From: a virus
Taxonomy: Duplodnaviria > Caudoviricetes
Reading direction: 5' to 3' (one strand)
DNA: 64,000 nucleotides
Virus record (IMG/VR): IMGVR_UViG_3300043567_000723
The notes under the pieces were generated by a model, which saw only the letters and a program-made list of their open reading frames with translations, was not told the origin of the DNA and made no database searches. This document shows positions 46,867 to 57,009 of this stretch, in pieces. Position numbers and translations under genes: made by a program. Each line of letters starts with the position of its first letter. Positions within the stretch are counted from its first letter, which is position 1.

Positions 46867-48246
46867 ATGCCACGTTACAGTGCGCAGAATCTGGCGGCGA
46901 TTGATCCCGAGTACCGCAAGGCCAACAACATTGGCTCTGGCGGAACCGGAGGTAAGAAAAGCCGTTACGCTTACGGCAAGCAGAACAACGTTCTCGTTGC
47001 TGCTGGTAAAGAACTTCTTGATAACGGCATGTGCTTGCGCCTGCTTCCGATTTATGCGGAAGGCGGCGGTGAGCAGCGGGAGTTTGTAAACTTCCGCGAA
47101 GGCCGCGGCGGGGTCGCGTTTGGCGACTGGAGCCGTTTGATGACGTGCGCACACTGGGTGGGTAACCCGGGCGTTTGCTTCATCATTCACGACGGTAACC
47201 CCGAAGTGAATCTTTACGACAGCCCGCTGCACGTGCTGCGTAAAGCGGCGTGGGACAACAAGGATACTCCGGGTATTGGTCGGCTATTTTCGGATCTGCT
47301 GTCGAAGAACTTCGTCAGGGATTCGCATATTGGTTCACTCAAGAAGCCTGAGAAGACTTTGTTTATCTCGGCCAGCGTTGTGTACGTTGACGAGCACGGG
47401 CAGGTGGTTTTGGGCGCGTTCTCCGACGACGAGAAGGAGAAGCGCAAGGCACGGATTATTGGTCTGAAGACCAGTGCGACGCAGGCTATCTACTCTGCGC
47501 TTAGTGTCCGTGATGATCAGACGGGTGATTTCGCTAGCGGCGACATGTTGTCGTTTGGCGCGTCGAAGCTTATTACCTTTCTGCCTGAGAACTACGTCAG
47601 TGGCGCTCAGAACGTGATTGCAACGAGTGCTGCAGGTCCGGCAACTTTTCAGTGCCCCAAGTTTGCGCGCAGCGCAGATAAGGGTGCGCAGTATATTGTC
47701 GGTTATCCGCAGTCTCGTAGTGACTTCACGCACTTTGCTGTGCTTCATGACACGTATCAGGGTCAGGAAGTTATTCTAGAGCCGTACGCTGAAAAGCTTT
47801 TGGCTGAAACTCAGTCGTGGGACGACTACCTCTGGGTTCCCAGTTACGAAGAGCAGGCTGAGTTGCTGTCGACGGCGTTTCCTCGCGAGGCGCTGGACTT
47901 TGCGTGGCGTGAGTACCCGGGATACCTACGGGCTATTCCGAAGAATACTTCAACGTTCACGGGCGCAAATGTTGACGTCGACGATCTGGAAGAGTCGCAC
48001 ATGGAGCGTCCCGCTCCTGTGCAGAAAGCTCGCGTAGCTCCGAGCGCTAAGCCGCAGCCGGTTGATCCGCCGGCTCCGTGGGATCCGCAGCCTGAAGCCG
48101 AAATCTCTGCAGAGGCCGCGGAGAGCGTTGCGGATATCTTCTCCAGCGCTCCTCCCGCCCAGCCGGCGGCTTCGCCAGCAGCAGCGCCCAAGCGCGATTC
48201 TGCGGACATCCTAGCGCGTGCTAGGGCCCGCGCTGCCGCGAAGTAG
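46867..48246 (+). CDS. probable single-stranded DNA-binding protein (gp32-like position)
   Basis: Between polA and recA; LRLLP strand, highly biased codons, P/A-rich flexible C-terminal tail. Assignment is mainly contextual. Confidence 0.45.
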   Translation: MPRYSAQNLAAIDPEYRKANNIGSGGTGGKKSRYAYGKQNNVLVAAGKELLDNGMCLRLLPIYAEGGGEQREFVNFREGRGGVAFGDWSRLMTCAHWVGNPGVCFIIHDGNPEVNLYDSPLHVLRKAAWDNKDTPGIGRLFSDLLSKNFVRDSHIGSLKKPEKTLFISASVVYVDEHGQVVLGAFSDDEKEKRKARIIGLKTSATQAIYSALSVRDDQTGDFASGDMLSFGASKLITFLPENYVSGAQNVIATSAAGPATFQCPKFARSADKGAQYIVGYPQSRSDFTHFAVLHDTYQGQEVILEPYAEKLLAETQSWDDYLWVPSYEEQAELLSTAFPREALDFAWREYPGYLRAIPKNTSTFTGANVDVDDLEESHMERPAPVQKARVAPSAKPQPVDPPAPWDPQPEAEISAEAAESVADIFSSAPPAQPAASPAAAPKRDSADILARARARAAAK

Positions 48247-48256
48247 TTTTTTCTCT

Positions 48257-48309
48257 GGCTCCGGCACCACGTTGTTCTCTGGGTACGTGAGTGCCGGAGC
48301 CGGGGTTTT
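48257..48309 (+). terminator. hairpin after the SSB-like gene
   Basis: GGCTCCGGCAC / GTGCCGGAGCC arms with inner CACGT/ACGTG; T runs on both sides. Confidence 0.55.
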
Positions 48310-48375
48310 AATTATTTGCCGCAACATTTGTTAGGCAAAAGTTGCAATTGAACAGTAACACGCAGAAGGGAATTT

Positions 48376-49746
48376 ATGGGTAGGAAACGTAAAGAAGAAA
48401 CAGAAGAAGTAAACATCCACGCACGCAACGGCGAGCACCCGATGTTTACAGAAGTCCTCAAGGCTACCGCCGAGGATCAGGATCCGCTTATCGGCTTACC
48501 GTTGCCGACGCTCGCTGCCCGTTATCTCTTGCAGGCGAACATCTTTCCGCTTAGCCGATTTACGCAGCTCCGCGGAGAGTTTAGCGCCGGCAAGTCGGCG
48601 ATGCTTATAGAGATTATGCGCTGGTTCCATGTTTATGGCGGCGGCGCCATTATGATCGACACTGAGAACAAGGGTTCTCCGACAATGATGTCGGGCATCT
48701 TTGGTCATAACCAGCAGTACATGAATCGTACGCGCGTCGAGACAGCCGCGAGCGTAGAAGAATGGCAGAAGAAGTACATGGGCTTCTGTCAGGCGATTCA
48801 CAAGCAGATCGACGCAGACAACGCGCCTGACCGCGTTATCCCTATTTGTATCGGCGTCGACTCTATTTCGGCTGTTGAGGTTGATAGGCGCGTCGAGAAG
48901 GTTGCAGACGAAGGTCATGCGGCCGCAGGTCATCCGTACCTTGCGCGTAACTTGTCGGACTTTATGCGGACGGCGCTTGTTCCGACGCTGCGACATTACC
49001 CGATTGCGCTGGTGGCCACGAACCATCTCAAAGAAGAGATTAACTCAATGGGCTTCGGCCCGCCCAAGAAGTATGCTCCGGGCGGCGCGAGTCTGGACTA
49101 TTACCCGACGCTCATTCTTGATATGTCCAAGGCGTCGGCCAAGAACATCACAGGTAGGTACGAGGGTCAGTCAGTTCGTATCGCAGCGACTAAGAATAAT
49201 CTCGGCGCTCCCGGGCGGAAGATCGTTGTAAACCTACTCTGGTACAACGAAATCATTGAGGCCAAAGACGCCAAGGGTAATGATACTTATAGGAATCAGC
49301 AGTTTCATTTCTGGGACTGGCATACGGCATCTATTCGGTTGCTGATGGATCTGCAGACCGGCGACGGCAAGTTAAGTCCGGGCATGGACCCCAAGCTTCC
49401 GGGCTTGATCAAACAGGTCTGTGATCTTGAGTACAAGCACGGCACCAAAAACTCAGATACACCGCTCGTCTATTCGACGGCGCTTGGCATCACCAAGCAG
49501 CAGGCCGTATCGGAAGTTGAGGCTTCCGTAATTCTCGAAGATAACAAAAAGGTTCTGGGCATGCTTCACGGCTTGCTTGGAGTCAACGAGTATCTGGTAT
49601 GCGATCCGGCTCGTCGCTATCGAGAGCAGGTTATGGAAGAGCTGAAAACCCGGCAGATGACCGACGTGCCTGAACTGATGGCAGCATCAAGCGTGGTTGG
49701 CGAAGTGGTGTCGACTGATTTCGATCCTCTTGGACAGGTGGACTAA
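48376..49746 (+). CDS. recA: RecA/UvsX-like recombinase
   Basis: QLRGEFSAGKS, IDTEN, GVDSIS, LVATNHLKE, PGGASLDYY, ATKNNLG. Confidence 0.88.
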   Translation: MGRKRKEETEEVNIHARNGEHPMFTEVLKATAEDQDPLIGLPLPTLAARYLLQANIFPLSRFTQLRGEFSAGKSAMLIEIMRWFHVYGGGAIMIDTENKGSPTMMSGIFGHNQQYMNRTRVETAASVEEWQKKYMGFCQAIHKQIDADNAPDRVIPICIGVDSISAVEVDRRVEKVADEGHAAAGHPYLARNLSDFMRTALVPTLRHYPIALVATNHLKEEINSMGFGPPKKYAPGGASLDYYPTLILDMSKASAKNITGRYEGQSVRIAATKNNLGAPGRKIVVNLLWYNEIIEAKDAKGNDTYRNQQFHFWDWHTASIRLLMDLQTGDGKLSPGMDPKLPGLIKQVCDLEYKHGTKNSDTPLVYSTALGITKQQAVSEVEASVILEDNKKVLGMLHGLLGVNEYLVCDPARRYREQVMEELKTRQMTDVPELMAASSVVGEVVSTDFDPLGQVD

Positions 49747-50093
49747 TGATAAAAGCCGAAGATTGCCGCGGCTGGTCGCTAATGACATGTTTTGGCGGGC
49801 CACTCGACGGTCGCGATATACCGGTCATGGAGCCGGAAAACGTAGAGGAGCTTTACCCAGATATTTATTACGAAGCGCCAGCTTTGTTCTATCAAAAAGT
49901 GCAGGACGAAAATGGCAATGACGTGTGCCACTGGTATTGCATGTTTCAGCAACCAGACCCGGTTAGAGCAAATCGCTGGTGGAATTTTTATGCGTATCGC
50001 GGCGTTCACGCAGAAGACGCTGACGTTGGTGACATAATTAACTCCAATCCGGTGATCCCGTTGGTATTTCCGCAGCAGGAAAAGGAGGACTGA
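49746..50093 (+). CDS. hypothetical protein
   Basis: TAATG overlap. Confidence 0.55.
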   Translation: MIKAEDCRGWSLMTCFGGPLDGRDIPVMEPENVEELYPDIYYEAPALFYQKVQDENGNDVCHWYCMFQQPDPVRANRWWNFYAYRGVHAEDADVGDIINSNPVIPLVFPQQEKED

Positions 50094-50278
50094 TGCCAGC
50101 CCCGACAGGCATAACGATATCGTTTACAAAAGAAGAGGTAGCGTGGCTGGCGTGGGTTGTGCGTGATGTACTTGCAACACATCAGTGTGTAGAACCCGGA
50201 GAAAGCGCTTGTGACAAAATCATCGAGGCTGAAAAACTACTGCAAGAAACTGCAAAGGTGTTAAATGAAGGAACCTAA
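50093..50278 (+). CDS. hypothetical protein
   Basis: TGATG overlap; AAGGAGG upstream. Confidence 0.55.
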   Translation: MPAPTGITISFTKEEVAWLAWVVRDVLATHQCVEPGESACDKIIEAEKLLQETAKVLNEGT

Positions 50279-50477
50279 GTTTGGACGATGGACTCATGTA
50301 AATGACCGCCTTCCCGGCCGTGACGAAAAGGTGCTGGCCGCGGATCCTATAACGGGTGAGCAGGTTATAGTCACGGGCGGCGAGGTCGCTGCGCGGGCTG
50401 AGCTGCTTTTGTGGATGCCGTTGCTGAGCCACTCGGCTATCGGCTCTTGGTTCGACGCCCTGACGTCCGAGGCTTGA
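50265..50477 (+). CDS. DUF551-like small protein
   Basis: WTHVNDRLP...VLA...WMPL. Confidence 0.55.
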   Translation: MKEPKFGRWTHVNDRLPGRDEKVLAADPITGEQVIVTGGEVAARAELLLWMPLLSHSAIGSWFDALTSEA

Positions 50478-50478
50478 C

Positions 50479-51057
50479 GTGGATCATCGCGATCAGTTTT
50501 TTGGCAATCTGTTCAACGAGTCTGGCGCTGGCGCTGAAGAAATTAGAATTCAGCGCCAGCTCTCGTTTGAAGAGCGGATTATTAAACGTGTATTTAACGA
50601 GTGCGGCGCCAAACGCGCTTTATGGGGTCGGCTCGTAAACGAATGTCGCGACATGACAGGGCATCACAAATTAAACTTCAACTGGTTTAATGCGGCCTAT
50701 CGTCAGTTTCCGGGCATTTTATGCGGGAAGCGAATACCGCGACTTCACGAGTTGACCATTGTTGATTTGTTTAAAAACCCGGATAAGTCAAATAGGCTAG
50801 CTAAAGCGATAGCTAAAAATTTGCAGCGTGTTGAGATAGACTGTGCCCGCAATTTTATTTTTGTTTTTCCTATTGTGCGGACCATGTTTTGCGCGCACAA
50901 TCTGGAGTTAGAGCGTGGGCCTGATATGTCGTGCGTTCAGTGGCGCGTTGACTTGCGGCGTGAGGGTAACGTGCCTACGGCTGCAACCCGTTTGATCGTA
51001 GAACCGACCACCACCTTGTTTCGAGCAATCGGTACAGAGTGGTGCGAGGCCGGCTAA
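50479..51057 (+). CDS. hypothetical protein
   Basis: GTG start; intact ORF. Confidence 0.55.
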   Translation: MDHRDQFFGNLFNESGAGAEEIRIQRQLSFEERIIKRVFNECGAKRALWGRLVNECRDMTGHHKLNFNWFNAAYRQFPGILCGKRIPRLHELTIVDLFKNPDKSNRLAKAIAKNLQRVEIDCARNFIFVFPIVRTMFCAHNLELERGPDMSCVQWRVDLRREGNVPTAATRLIVEPTTTLFRAIGTEWCEAG

Positions 51058-51072
51058 GTAAGGGGTGTTCTT

Positions 51073-52224
51073 TTGTCTTCGGCGGCGTCTGCTCGTAGCG
51101 TTTTTGCGTCTGTGCCTGCATTTTCATTTGCAGCGCACCAGTACGAATCTTGCCGCGATTTCTTAGCTGCCCGAACTGCGAACACGGAGTCTGTGCCGAT
51201 TGTAGATGAGTCGCAGCTTTTAATGAGCGCTGACGGCAGAATAGCCGAGAGCGGATATAGGTTTAACTCAATCGGTTTTCGGGCGTTGGCGTCATATTTG
51301 TCTGTCGGCCTTGCGCAACTCTTCAATGAGTTATCTGGCGAGAACGTTAGAAATATCAAAACGCTGGATCGGGAGACAGACATTGCCGCGGCGGTAAGCG
51401 TTTACAACACGACGCTGCGGGTCAGGTTTGAAGCTCTTCGAGAACGCAGCTTACTGGTAAATCACAAAGAGCAGACAATCGACGGGTTCTTGGGTCTTGA
51501 CCACCGCATGCTCGACAACAGTGTTTTTCTTGACACCGTGATTAGCGAACTACAAGCCAAGCAACCCGGAGTCGAATTTTTTCGCTCTGAGTTGCTGGGT
51601 CGAGAGCTGCGCCTTTATTTCATTGACCCGACGACACAACGTTCTGATATCTATTCCGACAAACGCCACACGTTTGCCGGCGGTTGGTATTGCGCAAATC
51701 GCGAAGACACGGGTAACGCTGTGCGGGCTAATACTTGCTTATACACACGTTTTGGCGTGGCAGTTGAGCCAGCAAAGGCCGGCGCTCGTTTAAACCACAC
51801 GGGAGCCGATCTAATTGGCCGCACGGCTATTCTCGTGTCCCGCGCCGCTGATCGAGCTGTAGACATGGCTCTCGTCGCCAAGCGCGTTAGCGAGCTTTCG
51901 CGGCTGTCGCTGGGTCTATCAGACGACAAGGCTACAAATGATGCCGCGTACGAAAAGTGGGCAACGTATCTCGCGAAATTCAAAATATATCGCGAAGACG
52001 CGTTACAGGTTTTAAAGAATGCGGCGCTTGTTGGTTCAGATTTGGAACCGCGTGACGCATTGACGGTATACACCAAGGAGGTTTTAAAAACTCGGACTGC
52101 GTATGACCTTTTTTGTTCTATGCTTCGTTGTTCTCGCGGTCACTATCATGTGCTCCGCGATCAATTACAGGCTACGGCGTTACAGATATTGCTTCCTGAC
52201 ATCAAAATCAAGAAGCGCAAATAG
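51073..52224 (+). CDS. DUF932-like protein
   Basis: LMSADG...FNSIGFRALA...FLGLDHRMLDNSVFLD...RELRLYF...CANREDTG pattern resembles DUF932. Confidence 0.45.
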   Translation: MSSAASARSVFASVPAFSFAAHQYESCRDFLAARTANTESVPIVDESQLLMSADGRIAESGYRFNSIGFRALASYLSVGLAQLFNELSGENVRNIKTLDRETDIAAAVSVYNTTLRVRFEALRERSLLVNHKEQTIDGFLGLDHRMLDNSVFLDTVISELQAKQPGVEFFRSELLGRELRLYFIDPTTQRSDIYSDKRHTFAGGWYCANREDTGNAVRANTCLYTRFGVAVEPAKAGARLNHTGADLIGRTAILVSRAADRAVDMALVAKRVSELSRLSLGLSDDKATNDAAYEKWATYLAKFKIYREDALQVLKNAALVGSDLEPRDALTVYTKEVLKTRTAYDLFCSMLRCSRGHYHVLRDQLQATALQILLPDIKIKKRK

Positions 52225-52252
52225 TTTAATTTACCAAGCAAGGAGATAAACA

Positions 52253-53149
52253 ATGGGTAGGAAATCTAAAGCGGCACTGGCACTTCAGGCCGAGGTTATT
52301 GACGCCCGCAATTCGCCGTACATGCCAGATGTAGAAAATCTTACGCCGGCTTTGCAGGACGTTGTATCTGAAATCGATAACTTGTTTAGCGATATTCAGG
52401 TTGCCAGTTTGACTTCGTTTTGGCGTGTCGGTCGTTTGATCACAGAAGTCAAGGGTGATCCCGAACGTTATCTGACGCCCTCACAGCAGGCTGCCCACGT
52501 AGATGGTGCTTCGCTGCTGATATCTATTTTCGCGCCCGTTTATACAGCAGAGCAGCTGCGTGGTGCGGTGAACTTCTTTGAAAAATATCCCAGTACAGCT
52601 GAGATCACCCGACTGCTTGGGTTGCGTTGTCCTGACCGTCCGCGGTGGCGCCTTACGACGTCGCACGTGCAGCTGCTGTCGCAGATCCCCGACGATAATC
52701 AGCGGCACGCGATTGAAGACAAGTGTGCCGAAGAGGCGTACACGGCGCGAACGCTGGCAACTGAGCTGCAGGAGATGCGCGGTAAGCAGAAGAGCAGCGG
52801 CCGCACGCATCAGGCGCCAAAGGGGCTGAAGCAGCAGATCCACGATCTACTGCAGCATCAGCGTCGGTTTATCGCCCGCTCGGAAGCTCTTTGGTTGTGT
52901 GAAAAAAGCGACAACATTTACGACGATATCGTAAATGCCTCGCCGACAAAGCTGGATGAAACGGCTCGTGGTTATCTGAATGAAGTGTATGAAAACTTCA
53001 GCAAGCTTTCAGATATTGTGGCCGACCATGTAGCCATGTGCGCTAAGGTGCAAGAAGAACTTAGCGGTAGGGAAGAGAACGAAGAAACTGAGGAAGACGG
53101 CGACGAGCCGGTTTCTCGTTCGCGGCAGCGTTCCGATATCACACGTTAG
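52253..53149 (+). CDS. DUF1016-N (YhcG N-terminal)-like HTH protein with coiled coil
   Basis: FWRVGRLI...LRGAVNFFEKYP...LTTSHVQLL..IPDDNQR...YTARTL, versus YWEIG...LSWSHY..L...R...WS.REL. Confidence 0.55.
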   Translation: MGRKSKAALALQAEVIDARNSPYMPDVENLTPALQDVVSEIDNLFSDIQVASLTSFWRVGRLITEVKGDPERYLTPSQQAAHVDGASLLISIFAPVYTAEQLRGAVNFFEKYPSTAEITRLLGLRCPDRPRWRLTTSHVQLLSQIPDDNQRHAIEDKCAEEAYTARTLATELQEMRGKQKSSGRTHQAPKGLKQQIHDLLQHQRRFIARSEALWLCEKSDNIYDDIVNASPTKLDETARGYLNEVYENFSKLSDIVADHVAMCAKVQEELSGREENEETEEDGDEPVSRSRQRSDITR

Positions 53150-53163
53150 TTAAGGGCCTAAAA

Positions 53164-53712
53164 ATGTTTTCTGTTCGTAATGTTCCTATTGTTATTGAGC
53201 CGGGCGTTGGCGCTTTGGAAGCAGAGTTCTTTGTTTCAGATAAGAAAATGGGTAATCGGTGTTTTCCGCTACAGCTGCAACGTCTTGAAATTACTGAGAC
53301 GCTCGTAGAGAAGTTACCGTTTATTCCGTCAACGAAGTTTCCGCATACCTTTTCGTTAGTAGCTGATATTGACAAATCAGCCGTTCTTGTTATTTATGAC
53401 TTACTGGGGCGGCTTTCGTGTGTATACACACGCGGCGCCGCTGACGCTGCTTGGGAGCGGTGCGATGTTGCTGATGAGCATGCCGGTAAAACTGTCACCC
53501 AGTTTTCTGTTCGTTTTAACTTTGGTTCGTTAAAAGATCGTGAGTCTTTTTTAGACACCATGGAAAGTATGTTAAAAGAAGCAAAGAACGGCAGGGCACC
53601 GGCTTCAAAAGATGTAATGAAGGCCATGACTATTTTAAATCGTACGCGAGTGCCTCCGGTTGTGTTGCCGGTAGCTGTCGCTAGATCTAGTATGCGCCCG
53701 GTAAAACTGTAA
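53164..53712 (+). CDS. hypothetical protein
   Basis: Intact ORF. Confidence 0.6.
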   Translation: MFSVRNVPIVIEPGVGALEAEFFVSDKKMGNRCFPLQLQRLEITETLVEKLPFIPSTKFPHTFSLVADIDKSAVLVIYDLLGRLSCVYTRGAADAAWERCDVADEHAGKTVTQFSVRFNFGSLKDRESFLDTMESMLKEAKNGRAPASKDVMKAMTILNRTRVPPVVLPVAVARSSMRPVKL

Positions 53713-53730
53713 CGTTTTAAATCTCGCCGG

Positions 53731-54471
53731 ATGGAGCCGGATATGGCGGAAGGAACCGCTGACGTTTGTGTGTGCGTCTTGTTTTACGGCAACGACGCTA
53801 CATGCTTTAAATTGGCGCAACGCGTTTTAAACGAACCGATGCGGCAATTGGCGCGGCACAACGTAGAGTTTCGTTTTGGCTGCAATGCAGTCAGTGACGA
53901 CACACGGCAATTTTTACAGCAGCAGGTTGCAGATACGTTTAAAGGCGCTGTTGTAATTGACTCGGCAGATAACGCACAGAAATACCCAATGATGCGGCGG
54001 CTTTTTTATACAAAGCCGGTCACAGCCCCGGTGACAGTGTGGTTTGACGATGACTCTTGTTTAGCGCCAAATAACAATGTCGATAAGTGGTTGCCGCGAT
54101 TACAGCAGCAATTGCGTTTTCACGCCATGGTCGGGTCTATTTACCGAACCCGTTTGGTTGGCAATCAGGCGGAGTGGATTAAAAATCAGGCATGGTATTC
54201 CGGCAAAGAACCGCAACCGTACGTGCAGCACGCAGCTGGAAGTTGGTGGGCGGCTCAGACGCCAATTCTGCAGCGCTTTGATTGGCCACCTGACGTAGCT
54301 ACGCACCGCGGCGTGGACGTTATGTTTGGAGAGTTGTGCCGGCAGCAAGATTTAGTACTCTGCCACTTTCGCGACGGCGTTTGGATCAACGCGAACGCTG
54401 ACGGCGTAGAAGCCGCCGGATCTCAACGCGGCAAAGATGAAACACCCATTGGATTTAGTTATCAATCATGA
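53731..54471 (+). CDS. GT-A fold (family 2-like) glycosyltransferase
   Basis: VCVCVLFY N-terminal strand, VWFDDDS DxD motif, AGSWWA, HRGVDVMFG. Confidence 0.65.
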   Translation: MEPDMAEGTADVCVCVLFYGNDATCFKLAQRVLNEPMRQLARHNVEFRFGCNAVSDDTRQFLQQQVADTFKGAVVIDSADNAQKYPMMRRLFYTKPVTAPVTVWFDDDSCLAPNNNVDKWLPRLQQQLRFHAMVGSIYRTRLVGNQAEWIKNQAWYSGKEPQPYVQHAAGSWWAAQTPILQRFDWPPDVATHRGVDVMFGELCRQQDLVLCHFRDGVWINANADGVEAAGSQRGKDETPIGFSYQS

Positions 54472-54872
54472 AATTACGGGTTGAACGAGTCGACCTAGAT
54501 AGAACACGGGCGTCGTGGCCGGAAGGCTTGCCGTTTGAGCCGGCGCTGGTTACCCCTGTGGAAAAAATTGGCGGTTCTCGCTGGATTGTTTTGTCCGCGC
54601 CCCTGATGCCCGGCGACGACCCGAACTGGGCATATTCAGACAGCGATGAATACTTACGTATCCCGCTATTTCCGTACGACCTCAATCCGGCGGCTGACCT
54701 TGCAATGGCTTTTATGCTTCAGCTTGGTCTTTCTTGTGCTGCTCGTTTACCCGGTAAAATTTCGCAATTTTTTGTTGTGACCGGTAACCCTGTTGCGCTC
54801 TTGTATGATTCTGATACAGATATTAATACTGGTATTCGTTATTGGGTTGGTTTTGCAGTAATGCTTTCATAA
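54468..54872 (+). CDS. hypothetical protein
   Basis: ATGA overlap. Confidence 0.55.
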   Translation: MKLRVERVDLDRTRASWPEGLPFEPALVTPVEKIGGSRWIVLSAPLMPGDDPNWAYSDSDEYLRIPLFPYDLNPAADLAMAFMLQLGLSCAARLPGKISQFFVVTGNPVALLYDSDTDINTGIRYWVGFAVMLS

Positions 54873-54882
54873 AGGAAAAAAA

Positions 54883-55497
54883 ATGGCAAAAGTTGTAGAT
54901 GCAGTTAGTTGTTCAAATACCGGCTCCACCAACGTTTCCGTTCCGATCAAGATGGATACGTCTGGTCTTGTCAAAGCTATTCAGATGGCCACGCAATCTC
55001 AAACGCAACCGACCATGACGCGTATCAACCCGGCGGATGTAATCAAAGCAGCCGCTGCGCGCATGGAAGATATGTACACGCGTTTCAATGCTTTGAAGCT
55101 AATTGGCGCCGAGCTTCACGGCAAAGCAATGAGTGATCCGGTTCCTGAGTCGTTAAAGATTGAGGAAGTTACTTTCAAATTCAAAACGGTTAAAGACGGC
55201 AAGGAATCTGATTCGACAACTGCCGTCGTAAAAAATGTAATCTGCGTTGGTGACATTGCCAACCTGCTCTCGACAGAGCTTGGTACGATTATTCTGACGC
55301 TGCAGCAGGAAGCTGCGGCAGTCAAAGAAACGGCGAAGAGCACTGAAGAGACGTGCGCTAAGGCGCGCGAAAGCTGGGAAGCAAATAACCCGGATCGTCG
55401 CGTTATCTCGAACGACCAGATTGAAACTCCTGCCGCTCCGCTGGCTAACGCCGGGTCAGTAACACTTCAGGCGCAAAATGAAACCGGCTCCGTTTAG
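54883..55497 (+). CDS. coiled-coil hypothetical protein
   Basis: AAGGA SD; biased codons. Confidence 0.65.
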   Translation: MAKVVDAVSCSNTGSTNVSVPIKMDTSGLVKAIQMATQSQTQPTMTRINPADVIKAAAARMEDMYTRFNALKLIGAELHGKAMSDPVPESLKIEEVTFKFKTVKDGKESDSTTAVVKNVICVGDIANLLSTELGTIILTLQQEAAAVKETAKSTEETCAKARESWEANNPDRRVISNDQIETPAAPLANAGSVTLQAQNETGSV

Positions 55498-56329
55498 TTA
55501 CAAGCGGCTTCGCGAGCGCAGAGATCGAATAACGACAGTTGCATTGCGTCCTTATATTGACGCCAACATTGTCGGTGACACCCTACGGGATATGTGTCGC
55601 GACATACTGGCTGAGATGCCGGACTCAGTATCGCAGCTGGCGGTGTTCGACTCTGTGCGCGCGTTAGCCGGCACCAAACTGACGCGTAAAACGGCAAGCG
55701 AGCTGGCTTGGCGATTGGCGGGCAATTTAGATAAGTTAACCGCCGGCCAGTGCGTCTTGCCGTGGACGCGTCAAATCGACGACGAGATTGTTCCGATAAT
55801 CGTGGAAAATGTACGGCCGTTTAAACGAAAGAATACTCCGGGCTTTATCTTCAATTGTCGTGTCTTGGCCGGTTCTTCCTGCCCCATGACATTTACGCAA
55901 TTTCTATCAAAAGCAAGTTGCGGCGCTATATCGCAAAGCATCGGGTTCTCGAAATCTTGGGGTCCGTATCCGTACACGTCCGCGTTGCATTTCGTTAATC
56001 TTCTATTTTTTGCGCACATAGAAGCTGCCCGTAGCCGCGAATCGCCTTTCTTCTTGAAGGTCAGCGCTAGCAGTAGCATGATCAAAGAGAACCGCGGCCG
56101 CATAGAAGTCCGTACGCGTGCCCGACCGTGTCCTGATCAATACGAGCACGCTTGCGTACACTGCTGGCTTGGGTACGATCAGTGCGCTTACGCAACACAT
56201 CCCAGAACCTATGAAAGTCGGCATTGCTCAAATTGCAACGCTGATGGCTTTTTTGATCCCACGGATAACGGTTTATTATGCGTTCGTTGTCGGTATAGGG
56301 CGGCGCAGCACGTTGAACCCACTCATTGA
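55478..56329 (+). CDS. hypothetical protein with C-terminal Cys-rich zinc-binding region
   Basis: CP...CVHC...C...CSNC...CVRC. Confidence 0.65.
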   Translation: MKPAPFSYKRLRERRDRITTVALRPYIDANIVGDTLRDMCRDILAEMPDSVSQLAVFDSVRALAGTKLTRKTASELAWRLAGNLDKLTAGQCVLPWTRQIDDEIVPIIVENVRPFKRKNTPGFIFNCRVLAGSSCPMTFTQFLSKASCGAISQSIGFSKSWGPYPYTSALHFVNLLFFAHIEAARSRESPFFLKVSASSSMIKENRGRIEVRTRARPCPDQYEHACVHCWLGYDQCAYATHPRTYESRHCSNCNADGFFDPTDNGLLCVRCRYRAAQHVEPTH

Positions 56330-56340
56330 AAGAAACTTCT

Positions 56341-56976
56341 ATGGCCAGTATTGGATACAGGCAGAAAGGTGACAGCGGTCCTCTGTATAATCCCGAGCGC
56401 GACTACGCGTATGTCACGCCGACGCTGATGGTTCGCGCCATCGAGAATCTTGACGAGAGTGCGCGATCTGAAGAAGCAAAAATTTGGTATGAGCAGAACA
56501 ACATATCGCAGGAAGAGATCGTTCAAGTCGCCGAAGCGCTAGCAAATGCGCAGCGCGACTTTATTAACGCGGCTGATCCTGTTAGTAGCTTTGAGCAGGC
56601 GTTAAACCGGCGCAATTTATTCAACTTTCGTTACCCACTGCGGTTAGCGCTATTCGCGGCGATTGGCGAAGTATTTTGTGCCGCGTGGTTTAAGGCTGTT
56701 AGAGAAGTCTCCGCAATCGGCGAAGATTCTCCTGCAGCCGGCGGCATGGCTCGTTTTTCTTCCGCTGTTGTGGAGTTCGCTAGGCGCAGCGGTGCGCCCG
56801 CCTACAACGCTGACTATATGGCGGAGCATCTCCAGCTTCGTCATGATGTATTGCAGACACGGTTGAATCTGGTGTATAAGGAGTTGCAGGCCGCGCAAGA
56901 CAAACTTGCTGAGTACGCGGCGAAGGAACAACAAACAGCTGCTACACCACCGAGTAAAAAATGGTGGTTCTGGTAA
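56341..56976 (+). CDS. hypothetical helical protein
   Basis: In the frame of track ORF 56326. Confidence 0.6.
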   Translation: MASIGYRQKGDSGPLYNPERDYAYVTPTLMVRAIENLDESARSEEAKIWYEQNNISQEEIVQVAEALANAQRDFINAADPVSSFEQALNRRNLFNFRYPLRLALFAAIGEVFCAAWFKAVREVSAIGEDSPAAGGMARFSSAVVEFARRSGAPAYNADYMAEHLQLRHDVLQTRLNLVYKELQAAQDKLAEYAAKEQQTAATPPSKKWWFW

Positions 56977-57009
56977 TGCGCCAACTTGGTTGTAGCTAGA
57001 AAGTAAATA

